NCBI GenBank assembly: GCA_963820435.1
Contig: CAWGAC010000022.1
Coordinates: 44,050-108,049 of the forward strand
DNA length: 64,000 nt
Reading direction: 5' to 3'
From: an uncultured Spirochaetota bacterium
GTDB lineage: Bacteria > Spirochaetota > Spirochaetia > SZUA-6 > Fen-1364
Shown one piece after another: positions 38,055 to 45,163 of the stretch. Position 1 is the stretch's first letter. Each line of letters starts with the position of its first letter. A program made the position numbers and the translations under genes. The notes beneath the pieces were generated by a model that searched no databases, was not told the origin of the DNA, and saw only the letters and a list, made by a program, of their open reading frames with translations.

Positions 38055-38931
38055 TCCTTCGCCGCCGGATCCGCCGGGTACGGGAGTACCCGTTCGGGGA
38101 ATACCCCGTACGTCGGCGGGAATTCCCCGGATCCGCAGGGCCCGGGGCTTCCGGCTCTACGACGTGCAGGGGAAGAGGTATCTCGATCTCTCCCGGGACG
38201 GGGCCCTGCTCGGGCATCGGGGCACGGCAGCGCTGACGGCAATGAAGTCCGTCCTGTCCCAGGGGCTGGCAACCTCCCTCCCGTCCGCGTGGGAGACACG
38301 GCTGGTTGCCGCGCTCCTTCGCCTGTTCCCTCAAAGCCGGTGCGTCCGCCTCTTCCTCTCCCGCGAGCGGGCGCTCGATGCGATTTCCCAGTACCTGGGA
38401 AGGCGAGTGGACGGGCAGGAGGTCCACGACCCTGCGCTGGATTTGCCGGCCCTGGATCCGTCGCTGCCGGCGCTCTGGCGGCCCTTTCTTCCCGTCCCCC
38501 AGGGTGTCGCCGCCCTTATCCCTGTGCTGCCTTTCACCGTGTGCGGCGCGCCCGCGCCTGCCTGCTTCCCGGAGGCGCTTCCCGCAGATCTGGGGCGCTC
38601 CGACCCTCTCCCGGGGTTTCTGCTCGCGGGAGCGCTCCACGGCCTCAGCGCGCTCAGTGAGAAATCTTCGGCCCGCGCGCGGAAGCAGCCGCGGCTGGGC
38701 AGCCGCGCCGTGGAGCGCGCGCTGGACGCCGCCCATGGATGGAAGCGGACAGGCCCTTACGTGCGCGCGGCCTTCCCTGCAACGGAATACGCCCGGGTCC
38801 ACGCGGAGTTCCTGGCTGCGGGCGTCCTGCTCTGCGCCGGCTATCCCGGGCCGAGCGTACTTCCCGGGGAATGCTCCCCGGGGGAGACCAGGCTCCTGGC
38901 GGACCTCTTCGCCCGGATCCCCGGAGGTTGA
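38044..38931 (+). CDS. Hypothetical protein with N-terminal similarity to class-III aminotransferase / GSA-aminomutase, but only ~295 aa
   Basis: ATG 38044 overlaps the folE2 end by 11 nt. ..RARGFRLYDVQGKRYLDLSRDGALLGHR.. resembles the N-terminal strand of GSAM-type enzymes. No obvious PLP-lysine region. Confidence 0.45.
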   Translation: MPTSPSPPDPPGTGVPVRGIPRTSAGIPRIRRARGFRLYDVQGKRYLDLSRDGALLGHRGTAALTAMKSVLSQGLATSLPSAWETRLVAALLRLFPQSRCVRLFLSRERALDAISQYLGRRVDGQEVHDPALDLPALDPSLPALWRPFLPVPQGVAALIPVLPFTVCGAPAPACFPEALPADLGRSDPLPGFLLAGALHGLSALSEKSSARARKQPRLGSRAVERALDAAHGWKRTGPYVRAAFPATEYARVHAEFLAAGVLLCAGYPGPSVLPGECSPGETRLLADLFARIPGG

Positions 38932-38933
38932 CA

Positions 38934-39233
38934 ATGGATATTGCCGCGTTCTCCCAGACCATGTCGCACCTCGTCCTGGGCGCCTTCGCCACTTTCTGCG
39001 CGATCCTCCTGTGGTCCCGCACGAGAGACATGGCCTGGACGTTCGTCATCATCGGCGCGATCGTTTCCTACGCCGACATCGCCCTTGCCACGCTGCGGAG
39101 CTTCGGCATCCTGGGCGAGGATCTCGTGCGCTATCAAGGAATCCCCGTGCTGCAGCTCGCGCTCGCCAATCTTCCCCTGCTTTTCTCCGGAATAGGGTTC
39201 CTGATCGCCTCCTCCAGAAAGGGGAACCCGTGA
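38934..39233 (+). CDS. Small membrane protein (3 predicted TM, 99 aa)
   Basis: ATG 38934 after GGAGG. Hydrophobic segments LVLGAFATFCAILLW, WTFVIIGAIVSYADIAL and LALANLPLLFSGIGFLIA. The stop overlaps the next start (GTGA). Confidence 0.5.
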   Translation: MDIAAFSQTMSHLVLGAFATFCAILLWSRTRDMAWTFVIIGAIVSYADIALATLRSFGILGEDLVRYQGIPVLQLALANLPLLFSGIGFLIASSRKGNP

Positions 39234-40714
39234 GCGTGACGCCGATCCACGTAATTCCGGCGCGGGACGAGGCGAACATCGAGCAGAAGCTGGTCACCCT
39301 GCTGCTTGCCGCCGTGGAGGAAAAGCCCGACCTCATCCTGTCGGTTTTTGCGGGAACACCGGCATTCGGCGCCTATCGCCTTCTCGTGGAGCGGGCCCGC
39401 GCGGAGCTCGTGGATTTTTCCAAGGTCCGGTTCGTTGTTTTCGATGAGATCATCGGCGGATCCGCGGCGGCTCCCTTCCGCGCCGTGCTGGACGAGAGAC
39501 TGTTCGGGCCGCTGGCCATTGCGCAGGAGAACATCATCTCCTTCAACCCGACAAAAGACAGGGGAGGCGAGGTGGCGCGCATTGCAAGCCTGCTCGCCGT
39601 GGCGGGCATCGACATCGCGCTGCTCTCCGTGGATTCCCGGGGACACATCGGCTTTCACGTCTCCGGTTCGAACCTGGAGTCAGCCGCCGGCATCGTGCCC
39701 GTCTCGAACTTTGAGCGGTGGGGCGCGGCGGAGGCATTCTCCGTCGGGCTCGCCGTTCTGGCAAAAGCCTCGCGGATCCTCCTCTTTGCCGCGGGGCGCA
39801 ATCTGGCGGAAATCGTGCAGCGGCTCACCGAGGGAAGCTTCGACCCCACGATCCCCATCTCCGTGCTGCAGAGGCACGGGAACGTCACCCTGATCGCGGA
39901 CGGGGGCGCGCTCTCACGCATCGAAAAAGGGGAACGCATCAGCGGCTACTACTCGGGGTTCCTTATCATGGACGCCGAGTCCGTGCCCTCCGGTCGAAAG
40001 ACGCTGGTGATCTCCCCGCACCCCGACGACGCGCCCATCAGCCTCGGCGGCACAATGGCGATGCTGAGCCAGTCCAACCGGGTGGTCACCGCCGTCATGA
40101 GCACCGGCCATCGGTCCTTCATCTACGGGACGCAGCGCGGCGAGCGGATTGCCATCCGCGAATCGGAGGTGACGAAGGAATCCCGGCTCCTGGGCGTGGA
40201 ACCGCGGTTTCTCCGGCTTCCCTTTTACGACAACAACTACGAGGTCGGCGCGCGCGACCGCGAGATACTCGCGGCGCTTCTCGCAGAGCTCGACCCTGAG
40301 TGGGTCTTCATGCCTCATGCCAGGGACACCCACCCCGCGCACATCGCCAGCCGCGCAATGGTCGTCGATTCCATTCGGCAATTTCTCATGGGGACGAAAA
40401 AGACCGTGGAGGTATGGAACTACGAGGGGCCCTGGGCGCTGTTCAACAGGGGGGAGTTCAACACCATCGTGACGGTGCCCCGCATCGCCTTCGAGCGAAA
40501 GCTCCAGGCCATCCGGGCGCACGAGTCCCAGGTGGCGCGCACTCCCTATGACGTTGCCGCGGAGGCCCTTGCCCGGTTTCGCTCCGCGCTCGTGCCCGAG
40601 TCCGAGCTGGCGGGGTTCGGCGCCCGGCCGCCGCGGCTGGACGCGTGGATGGAGCTGTTCCAGCGGGAGACTTTCCGCGGCGACCAGGGAGCGATCATGC
40701 GAGGGGGGGATTGA
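39230..40714 (+). CDS. Fusion protein: NagB/6-phosphogluconolactonase-like sugar-phosphate isomerase/deaminase domain + LmbE (PIG-L) deacetylase domain
   Basis: GTG 39230. The N-terminal half (..LSVDSRGHIGFHVSGS..) is NagB-like. The C-terminal half (..LVISPHPDDAPISLGGTMA..MPHARDTHPAH..IRAHESQV..) is LmbE-like. The upstream 308 aa of the ORF-track entry overlap other genes and are discarded. Confidence 0.7.
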   Translation: MSVTPIHVIPARDEANIEQKLVTLLLAAVEEKPDLILSVFAGTPAFGAYRLLVERARAELVDFSKVRFVVFDEIIGGSAAAPFRAVLDERLFGPLAIAQENIISFNPTKDRGGEVARIASLLAVAGIDIALLSVDSRGHIGFHVSGSNLESAAGIVPVSNFERWGAAEAFSVGLAVLAKASRILLFAAGRNLAEIVQRLTEGSFDPTIPISVLQRHGNVTLIADGGALSRIEKGERISGYYSGFLIMDAESVPSGRKTLVISPHPDDAPISLGGTMAMLSQSNRVVTAVMSTGHRSFIYGTQRGERIAIRESEVTKESRLLGVEPRFLRLPFYDNNYEVGARDREILAALLAELDPEWVFMPHARDTHPAHIASRAMVVDSIRQFLMGTKKTVEVWNYEGPWALFNRGEFNTIVTVPRIAFERKLQAIRAHESQVARTPYDVAAEALARFRSALVPESELAGFGARPPRLDAWMELFQRETFRGDQGAIMRGGD

Positions 40715-40742
40715 CCAAACGCACCGCGTACGGTGCATGGCC

Positions 40743-40775
40743 AAAAAAAAGCCCGGTGGAACACCGGGCTTTTTC
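40743..40775. terminator. Bidirectional intrinsic terminator
   Basis: A8 - GCCCGGTG gaa CACCGGGC - T5, between convergent genes (stops at 40714 and 40794). Confidence 0.7.
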
Positions 40776-40793
40776 ATCGAAGCGGCTCCGAGC

Positions 40794-40979
40794 CTACTCG
40801 ATAAGGATGGCCTCCGCGGGACAATCGGTTGCAGCGTCTCTTACAGCGGTCTCGAGATTTGCGGGAACGAGGGGGTTGATGACCTCTGCCGTGTCCTTCC
40901 CCATCTTGAAGACCTGGGGAACACCGTCCGTGCAAAGACCGCAGGCGGTGCAGAGATCAGGGTCTATCCTCACCTTCAT
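40794..40979 (-). CDS. Small single-cluster ferredoxin
   Basis: 61 aa with CTACGLC...CP cysteine pattern. Confidence 0.8.
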   Translation of the reverse strand: MKVRIDPDLCTACGLCTDGVPQVFKMGKDTAEVINPLVPANLETAVRDAATDCPAEAILIE

Positions 40980-41090
40980 CGACAGCTCCTTTCATGTTGG
41001 AATTGCCCCCATCGTAGCGCACTTTGCCCGGCATTTCAACCACATGAAGGGCGCCTTTCGTACGTCCCTGTACTACGGCGCCCCTCGGCG

Positions 41091-41151
41091 TCCATGGCTA
41101 CGGGCTCGCTCCCGGCCATCCATGGCCTCGCTCGCCCTCGCCATCCATGCC
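41091..41151 (+). repeat. Three direct repeats of TCCATG(G/C)C upstream of a promoter
   Basis: tccatggc at 41091, tccatggc at 41119, tccatgcc at 41144 (spacing 28 and 25 nt). Copies 2 and 3 share gccatccatg. Confidence 0.4.
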
Positions 41152-41156
41152 TACGC

Positions 41157-41184
41157 TTGACAGTTTCTCCGTTTTCGCTATTCT
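41157..41184 (+). promoter_or_regulatory. sigma70-like promoter TTGACA-16-TATTCT
   Basis: TTGACA at 41157-41162 and TATTCT at 41179-41184, followed by the small dyad TTCTTtgcgAAGAA, about 40 nt before ATG 41224. Confidence 0.45.
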
Positions 41185-41223
41185 TTGCGAAGAATCAGAC
41201 AGAGGGGTATTGGAGGAATCGCG

Positions 41224-41478
41224 ATGATAGCTTTGACAATCGGCATCGTCCTCATTCTCTTCGCTGTGTACGCAGTCCTTCCCGTGTCGTGGAGCCTCCA
41301 GTGGTGGCAGGAGGTTGTTCAGTTCCTGAAAGGGGCGGTCCCGATCCTCGCTGTTTTCATCGGTCTCATCGCCTTCTTCGTCGGCGTTGCGGACATCAAG
41401 GACAAGAGGGAGGCCAGGAAAGAGGAAGAGGAGGAGAAGGCGGAAAAGAAGGCTGAGCCGGGCAAGGGCACTACTTGA
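41224..41478 (+). CDS. Small membrane protein (2 TM) with K/E-rich tail
   Basis: ATG 41224 after GGAGG. MIALTIGIVLILFAVYAVL.. and ..VPILAVFIGLIAFFVGV.., then ..KREARKEEEEEKAEKKAEPGKG. Confidence 0.5.
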   Translation: MIALTIGIVLILFAVYAVLPVSWSLQWWQEVVQFLKGAVPILAVFIGLIAFFVGVADIKDKREARKEEEEEKAEKKAEPGKGTT

Positions 41479-41555
41479 CATTCCCCTCCTGCTGTGCAAA
41501 TCTACCCTTCCTGCGGCCGTTTGCGCCGCGTTTTCCACGGAAGGGTTAAGAAACG

Positions 41556-41987
41556 ATGAAAACGATATTCGTCAAGCCCGCCGACGTCGAGCACAAGTGG
41601 TACCTGATCGACGCGGAGGGAAAGGTTCTCGGCAGGCTCGCCTCGCGTGTCGTGGCGATCCTTCGCGGGAAGAACAAGCCGGAGTTCACCCCCCACTGGG
41701 ACCTCGGTGATTCCGTTGTCATCATCAACGCGGACAAGATCCGCGTCACGGGGCGCAAGCCCGCGCAAAAGATGTATTACCGGCACTCGCGCTACCCGGG
41801 TGGATTTCGCGCCGAGCCCTTCGAGAAGGTGTTCGCCCGAAAGCCCGCGTGGCCGCTGGAAAGGGCCATCGAAGGCATGCTCCCCAAGGGCCCCCTGGGC
41901 CGCAAGATCTTCAAGCGGCTGAAAGTGTACGCCGGGCCCGAGCATCCGCACGCGGCGCAGAAGCCCGTCAAGCTCGAGATTTCCTGA
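41556..41987 (+). CDS. rplM: 50S ribosomal protein L13
   Basis: [50 protein letters not shown].. is unmistakable. Confidence 0.95.
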   Translation: MKTIFVKPADVEHKWYLIDAEGKVLGRLASRVVAILRGKNKPEFTPHWDLGDSVVIINADKIRVTGRKPAQKMYYRHSRYPGGFRAEPFEKVFARKPAWPLERAIEGMLPKGPLGRKIFKRLKVYAGPEHPHAAQKPVKLEIS

Positions 41988-42004
41988 GAAACGAGGAGAA
42001 GACC

Positions 42005-42397
42005 TTGGTCAAGAATCTTTCGGTTGCGACCGGAAAGCGCAAGACGTCGATTGCCCGTGTTTTCCTCCGCGACGGCGCGGGGAAGATCTCGGTGAACGGC
42101 AAGAGCGTGGAAGAGTATTTTGCGGGCATGACGACGGCGCAAAACGTCAGGAGCCCCCTGGACGTGACGAACAGCACCGGCAAGTTCGACGTCCTCATCA
42201 CCGTGAAGGGCGGGGGCGTTTCTTCGCAGATCGAAGCGTGCCGGCACGGCATTGCCCGGGCCCTGAACACTTACGATGCATCCAACCACGTTGCCCTTCG
42301 CGCCAACGGATTCCTCACGCGTGACTCGCGCATGGTGGAAAGGAAGAAGTACGGACAGGCCGGTGCACGGAGACGATTCCAGTTCTCCAAGCGCTGA
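42005..42397 (+). CDS. rpsI: 30S ribosomal protein S9
   Basis: TTG 42005, 6 nt after GAGGAG. ..ATGKRKTSIARVFL..GGGVSSQIEACRHGIARAL..LTRDSRMVERKKYGQAGARRRFQFSKR. Confidence 0.9.
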   Translation: MVKNLSVATGKRKTSIARVFLRDGAGKISVNGKSVEEYFAGMTTAQNVRSPLDVTNSTGKFDVLITVKGGGVSSQIEACRHGIARALNTYDASNHVALRANGFLTRDSRMVERKKYGQAGARRRFQFSKR

Positions 42398-42403
42398 TTC
42401 GCG

Positions 42404-42450
42404 GTCACGGTACCGCGTTCGCGCGGAACGCGTACCGCGTACCCCGTGAC
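42404..42450 (+). terminator. Nested GC-rich hairpin after rpsI
   Basis: Outer arms GTCACGG at 42404-42410 and CCGTGAC at 42444-42450. The inner 12-bp stem with one bulge at 42408-42437 is centred on GGTACC-like motifs. There is no T-tract, and it overlaps the recX GTG start. Confidence 0.35.
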
Positions 42451-43090
42451 ATTCGCAGCGCCGCCTTCCGAAGACACGACAGTAGTTTCCGTCGAGCTCA
42501 AGGGAGCCACCGGAGAGGCGGTCCGCATCCACCTCTCGGATGGCTCTTTTTTTATCCTGCACGCCGAGGTTTTCGCCCGGGAGGGCATTTCAGCAGGCAC
42601 GCCCCTAGATGCGGAAAAAGTCGCCGCGCTCCTTTCCCAGTCCGAGCGCGTGTTCGCGCGGCTGCGCGCGCTCTCCCTTCTTTCGCGCGCCGCGCACAGC
42701 AGGAAGGGGCTCGCGCGGAAGCTCGCGTCGCGCGGATTCAGCGCCGAGGCCATACACTACGCTCTTCGTCGCGTGAGCGAGCTGGGATACCTGGACGACA
42801 AGGCATTCGCGGAGAGCTGGGTGCGCTCCCGTATCTCGGTCGGAAAAACGGGATGGAATGCGCTCTACAAGGGATTGTTGACCAAGGGCGTGGCGCGCGC
42901 GACGGCAGAAGAGGTGGTGAGCGCGCTCTGCTCCTACGAGGATGAGATCGAAAGCGCCCGACAGCTTTCCGAAGGGCTCGCGCCGGCCGCGGCCATCCGC
43001 AAGCTTGCCGGCCGCGGCTTTCGCTCCCGCACCATCTCGAAGGTGCTCAAGGAGAAAAAGAATACAGATCGTGCAGCAGCGGAGGAATGA
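42446..43090 (+). CDS. recX: RecX-like regulatory protein
   Basis: The C-terminal 140 aa show the three-fold helical RecX repeat (..RKGLARKLASRGFSAEAIHYALRRVSELGYLDDKAFAESWVRSR..). The N-terminal ~70 aa are not assigned. Confidence 0.65.
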   Translation: MTFAAPPSEDTTVVSVELKGATGEAVRIHLSDGSFFILHAEVFAREGISAGTPLDAEKVAALLSQSERVFARLRALSLLSRAAHSRKGLARKLASRGFSAEAIHYALRRVSELGYLDDKAFAESWVRSRISVGKTGWNALYKGLLTKGVARATAEEVVSALCSYEDEIESARQLSEGLAPAAAIRKLAGRGFRSRTISKVLKEKKNTDRAAAEE

Positions 43091-43700
43091 ACCGGAAGCT
43101 GCGCTGCATGACCGCCCGGGGCAGGTCGAGGATGCGCGGCGCGCTGTCCAGGATCACCGAGTCCGACGAGGCGACTATGCCTTCATAGGCTTTCAATGGA
43201 TAATCAGCGCTGTGGGCCACAGAGACCTGCGTGGGGCAGGGGAGCTCATCGAGCCGCCGGCGGACCTCCTCAGCCATGAGCCCGGAAAATGCGATCGGGG
43301 CATCGAGAAAAACGTCGACGGCGGAAGGCGCCATGGCCTTCAACTGGCCCACTATCTCCTGGAAGGCGCGGGCGGTGAGCTCAGAGGAACGATAACTGCC
43401 GTGCGTTGCCGAGGAGTCCCGCACAATCCCGTCATCGGAGATGAATACCGGAGATCCTCGAAGGTAGCTTTCCACGGTGATCAGCACATTGTACCAGTCA
43501 ATGCCAAGGCTGCTGCCGGGGACGTCGGCAGGGAGCACGATCTTTCTCCGCCGCGGCGCGGCAAGGGCATCCACGACGATGCCGCGGAACATGCTGTTGC
43601 GCTGCGCGCGTGTGAGCCTGTGCCTGTCCCCGACGAGCTTCAGCGTGGCCTTTTCCGGATAGCCTTTCTCTCTGAGATACCTGTATTCGGCGCAGGCCAT
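43047..43700 (-). CDS. DUF434-like protein
   Basis: Start at ATG 43700 (alternative at 43721). ..YRYLREKGYPEKATLKLVGDRHRLTRAQRNSMFRG.. resembles the DUF434 N-terminal module. The 258-aa upstream extension in the ORF track is antisense to the regulator genes and is discarded. Confidence 0.45.
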   Translation of the reverse strand: MACAEYRYLREKGYPEKATLKLVGDRHRLTRAQRNSMFRGIVVDALAAPRRRKIVLPADVPGSSLGIDWYNVLITVESYLRGSPVFISDDGIVRDSSATHGSYRSSELTARAFQEIVGQLKAMAPSAVDVFLDAPIAFSGLMAEEVRRRLDELPCPTQVSVAHSADYPLKAYEGIVASSDSVILDSAPRILDLPRAVMQRSFRFIPPLLHDLYSFSP

Positions 43701-43714
43701 TGCAAATAAATTCG

Positions 43715-43742
43715 TTGACATTATGGATATAATTGGTATACT
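43715..43742 (+). promoter_or_regulatory. Near-consensus sigma70 promoter TTGACA-16-TATACT
   Basis: TTGACA at 43715-43720 and TATACT at 43737-43742, in a markedly AT-rich patch. A dyad CAGTGT-N6-ACACTG at 43762-43779 lies between the promoter and ATG 43797. Confidence 0.6.
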
Positions 43743-43796
43743 GAATAATATTGAGAATTGCCAGTGTTGTTCGACACTGCCGAAAGGATAGCAGCG

Positions 43797-44429
43797 ATGG
43801 GAAAGAAAGAAAAGAAGGTAAGAATCTTTTCCGCCCTTGAAGTAGCCGACATCTGCGGCGTCGTCAACCAGACCGCCATCAACTGGATCAAGAACGGTTT
43901 CCTGAAAGCATTCATGACGCCGGGCGGCCAGTACCGGGTGTACGCGGAGGATCTCTTCGCCTTTCTCTCTTCCCGCGGCATGAGGATCCCCGCGGAGCTC
44001 GCGGAGAGCCAGGAAGAGGGGCCTGACTGGGGGCGCATCCTGATCGTGGACGACGACCAGGCAATCAACACGGCGCTGAAAAGATACCTGACGCGAAAAA
44101 TGCCCACCTACACGATCATGCAGGCATTCGACGGTTTCGAGGCGGGCAAGCTCATTTCGGAAGCGCGGCCCGGCGTCATCCTCCTGGACATCAGCCTGCC
44201 CGGCATCGACGGGCACAAGCTGTGCCGTCGGATCAAGGAAGACCAGGCCCTCGGCTCGCCGATCATCATCGCCATCACGGGCATCGCGGATGAAGACGTG
44301 GAGGCGACCATCGTGGAGGAAGGGGCGGACGCGTTCTTCCGCAAGCCGTTGAACTTCGAGAAGCTGGAAGAGAAGATCGGGGAGCTTTCCACGGCGCGCG
44401 TTTCGAGGAAAGCAGCGGATGAACGATAA
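43797..44429 (+). CDS. Response regulator with N-terminal excisionase/MerR-type HTH and C-terminal receiver domain
   Basis: ATG 43797 (GAAAGGA upstream). ..RIFSALEVADICGVVNQTAINWIKNGFLKAFMTPGGQYRV.. HTH, then REC with DD, LLDISLPGIDG, AITG and FRKP. Confidence 0.75.
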   Translation: MGKKEKKVRIFSALEVADICGVVNQTAINWIKNGFLKAFMTPGGQYRVYAEDLFAFLSSRGMRIPAELAESQEEGPDWGRILIVDDDQAINTALKRYLTRKMPTYTIMQAFDGFEAGKLISEARPGVILLDISLPGIDGHKLCRRIKEDQALGSPIIIAITGIADEDVEATIVEEGADAFFRKPLNFEKLEEKIGELSTARVSRKAADER

Positions 44430-44778
44430 GCCCGTCATCCTCGTGGTCGAAGACGAAGATTCCATCCGCCTCACGCTCCGCGACTACCTGAAGAAAAAGG
44501 GGCACGAGGTGATCGTGGCATCCGACGGAGTCGGGGCCATCAAGCAGATCCTCGATCATCGCGTCGACCTTGTCGTGACCGATTACCGGATGGATATCCT
44601 CGGGGGCGACTACTGGATAAGGTTCCTGCGGGAGTTCTGCACGAACAAAAAAGTCATCATCACCAGCGGCTTTCTGCAGCCCGAGTTCCCGATTCCCTTT
44701 CCCGTCGTGTACAAACCATACGACTACGCCGAGCTCGAGGTGATGATCCGCACCACGCTCGCGGGGAGCGGGGCCTGA
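44419..44778 (+). CDS. Single-domain (CheY-like) response regulator
   Basis: 119 aa with VVEDED, VVTDYRM, IITSG and YKPYD. Overlaps the upstream gene by 11 nt. Confidence 0.8.
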   Translation: MNDKPVILVVEDEDSIRLTLRDYLKKKGHEVIVASDGVGAIKQILDHRVDLVVTDYRMDILGGDYWIRFLREFCTNKKVIITSGFLQPEFPIPFPVVYKPYDYAELEVMIRTTLAGSGA

Positions 44779-44788
44779 GCGGGGGCCC

Positions 44789-45091
44789 ATGGCGGAGAAC
44801 AAGGCCGCCTACGGCGGAAAGAGGGCCTTCCGGGCGCTCGTGATCGGCCGCGTGCAGGGGGTCGGTTTCCGGTACTCGGCAATCCACGAAGCGCGCAGGC
44901 TCGGAATCAACGGCACCGTCTCGAATCAGCCGGATGGGAGCGTGGAGGTCGTGGCGGAGGGAGAGGCGGACAGGCTTGCCCGTCTTGCCTCCTGGCTTCG
45001 CAAGGGCCCTCCCGGCGCTCACGTGCGTGACCTTCAAATCCAGTGGATTCCCTTCACGGGTCGGTACACCGATTTCGAGGTGGAGTTCTAG
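44789..45091 (+). CDS. acyP: Acylphosphatase
   Basis: ..VIGRVQGVGFRYSAIHEARRLGINGTVSNQPDGSVEVVAEGE.. is the canonical acylphosphatase signature. Confidence 0.85.
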   Translation: MAENKAAYGGKRAFRALVIGRVQGVGFRYSAIHEARRLGINGTVSNQPDGSVEVVAEGEADRLARLASWLRKGPPGAHVRDLQIQWIPFTGRYTDFEVEF

Positions 45092-45163
45092 CACAAGCCT
45101 ACTTGCACTCGGACTACGCATCTGGTAGAAGGAGCGCAGCCCGGGGACATGAGGAGAAGGTGA

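Noticed and set aside
38306-39229. N-terminal 308 aa of the 802-aa ORF 38306..40714
   Set aside because: This part overlaps two better-supported genes in other frames and is P/R/S-rich. A GTG at 39230 with a GTGA stop-start overlap gives a sensible NagB-LmbE protein.
41479-41555. Structured leader upstream of rplM (CCCTTCC...GGAAGGG with an inner GCGGC...GCCGC)
   Set aside because: It could be an L13-type autoregulatory leader. However, the stems are short, and I cannot match it to a known leader from memory. It is left unannotated pending an Rfam scan.
43701-44474. N-terminal extension of ORF 43047..44474 (475 aa)
   Set aside because: It runs antisense through the two response-regulator genes and across an AT-rich promoter region. 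The DUF434-like homology begins at ATG 43700.
45092-45163. glmS ribozyme upstream of glmS
   Set aside because: The intergenic region is only 72 nt. It lacks the conserved core and pseudoknot-forming segments I would expect.
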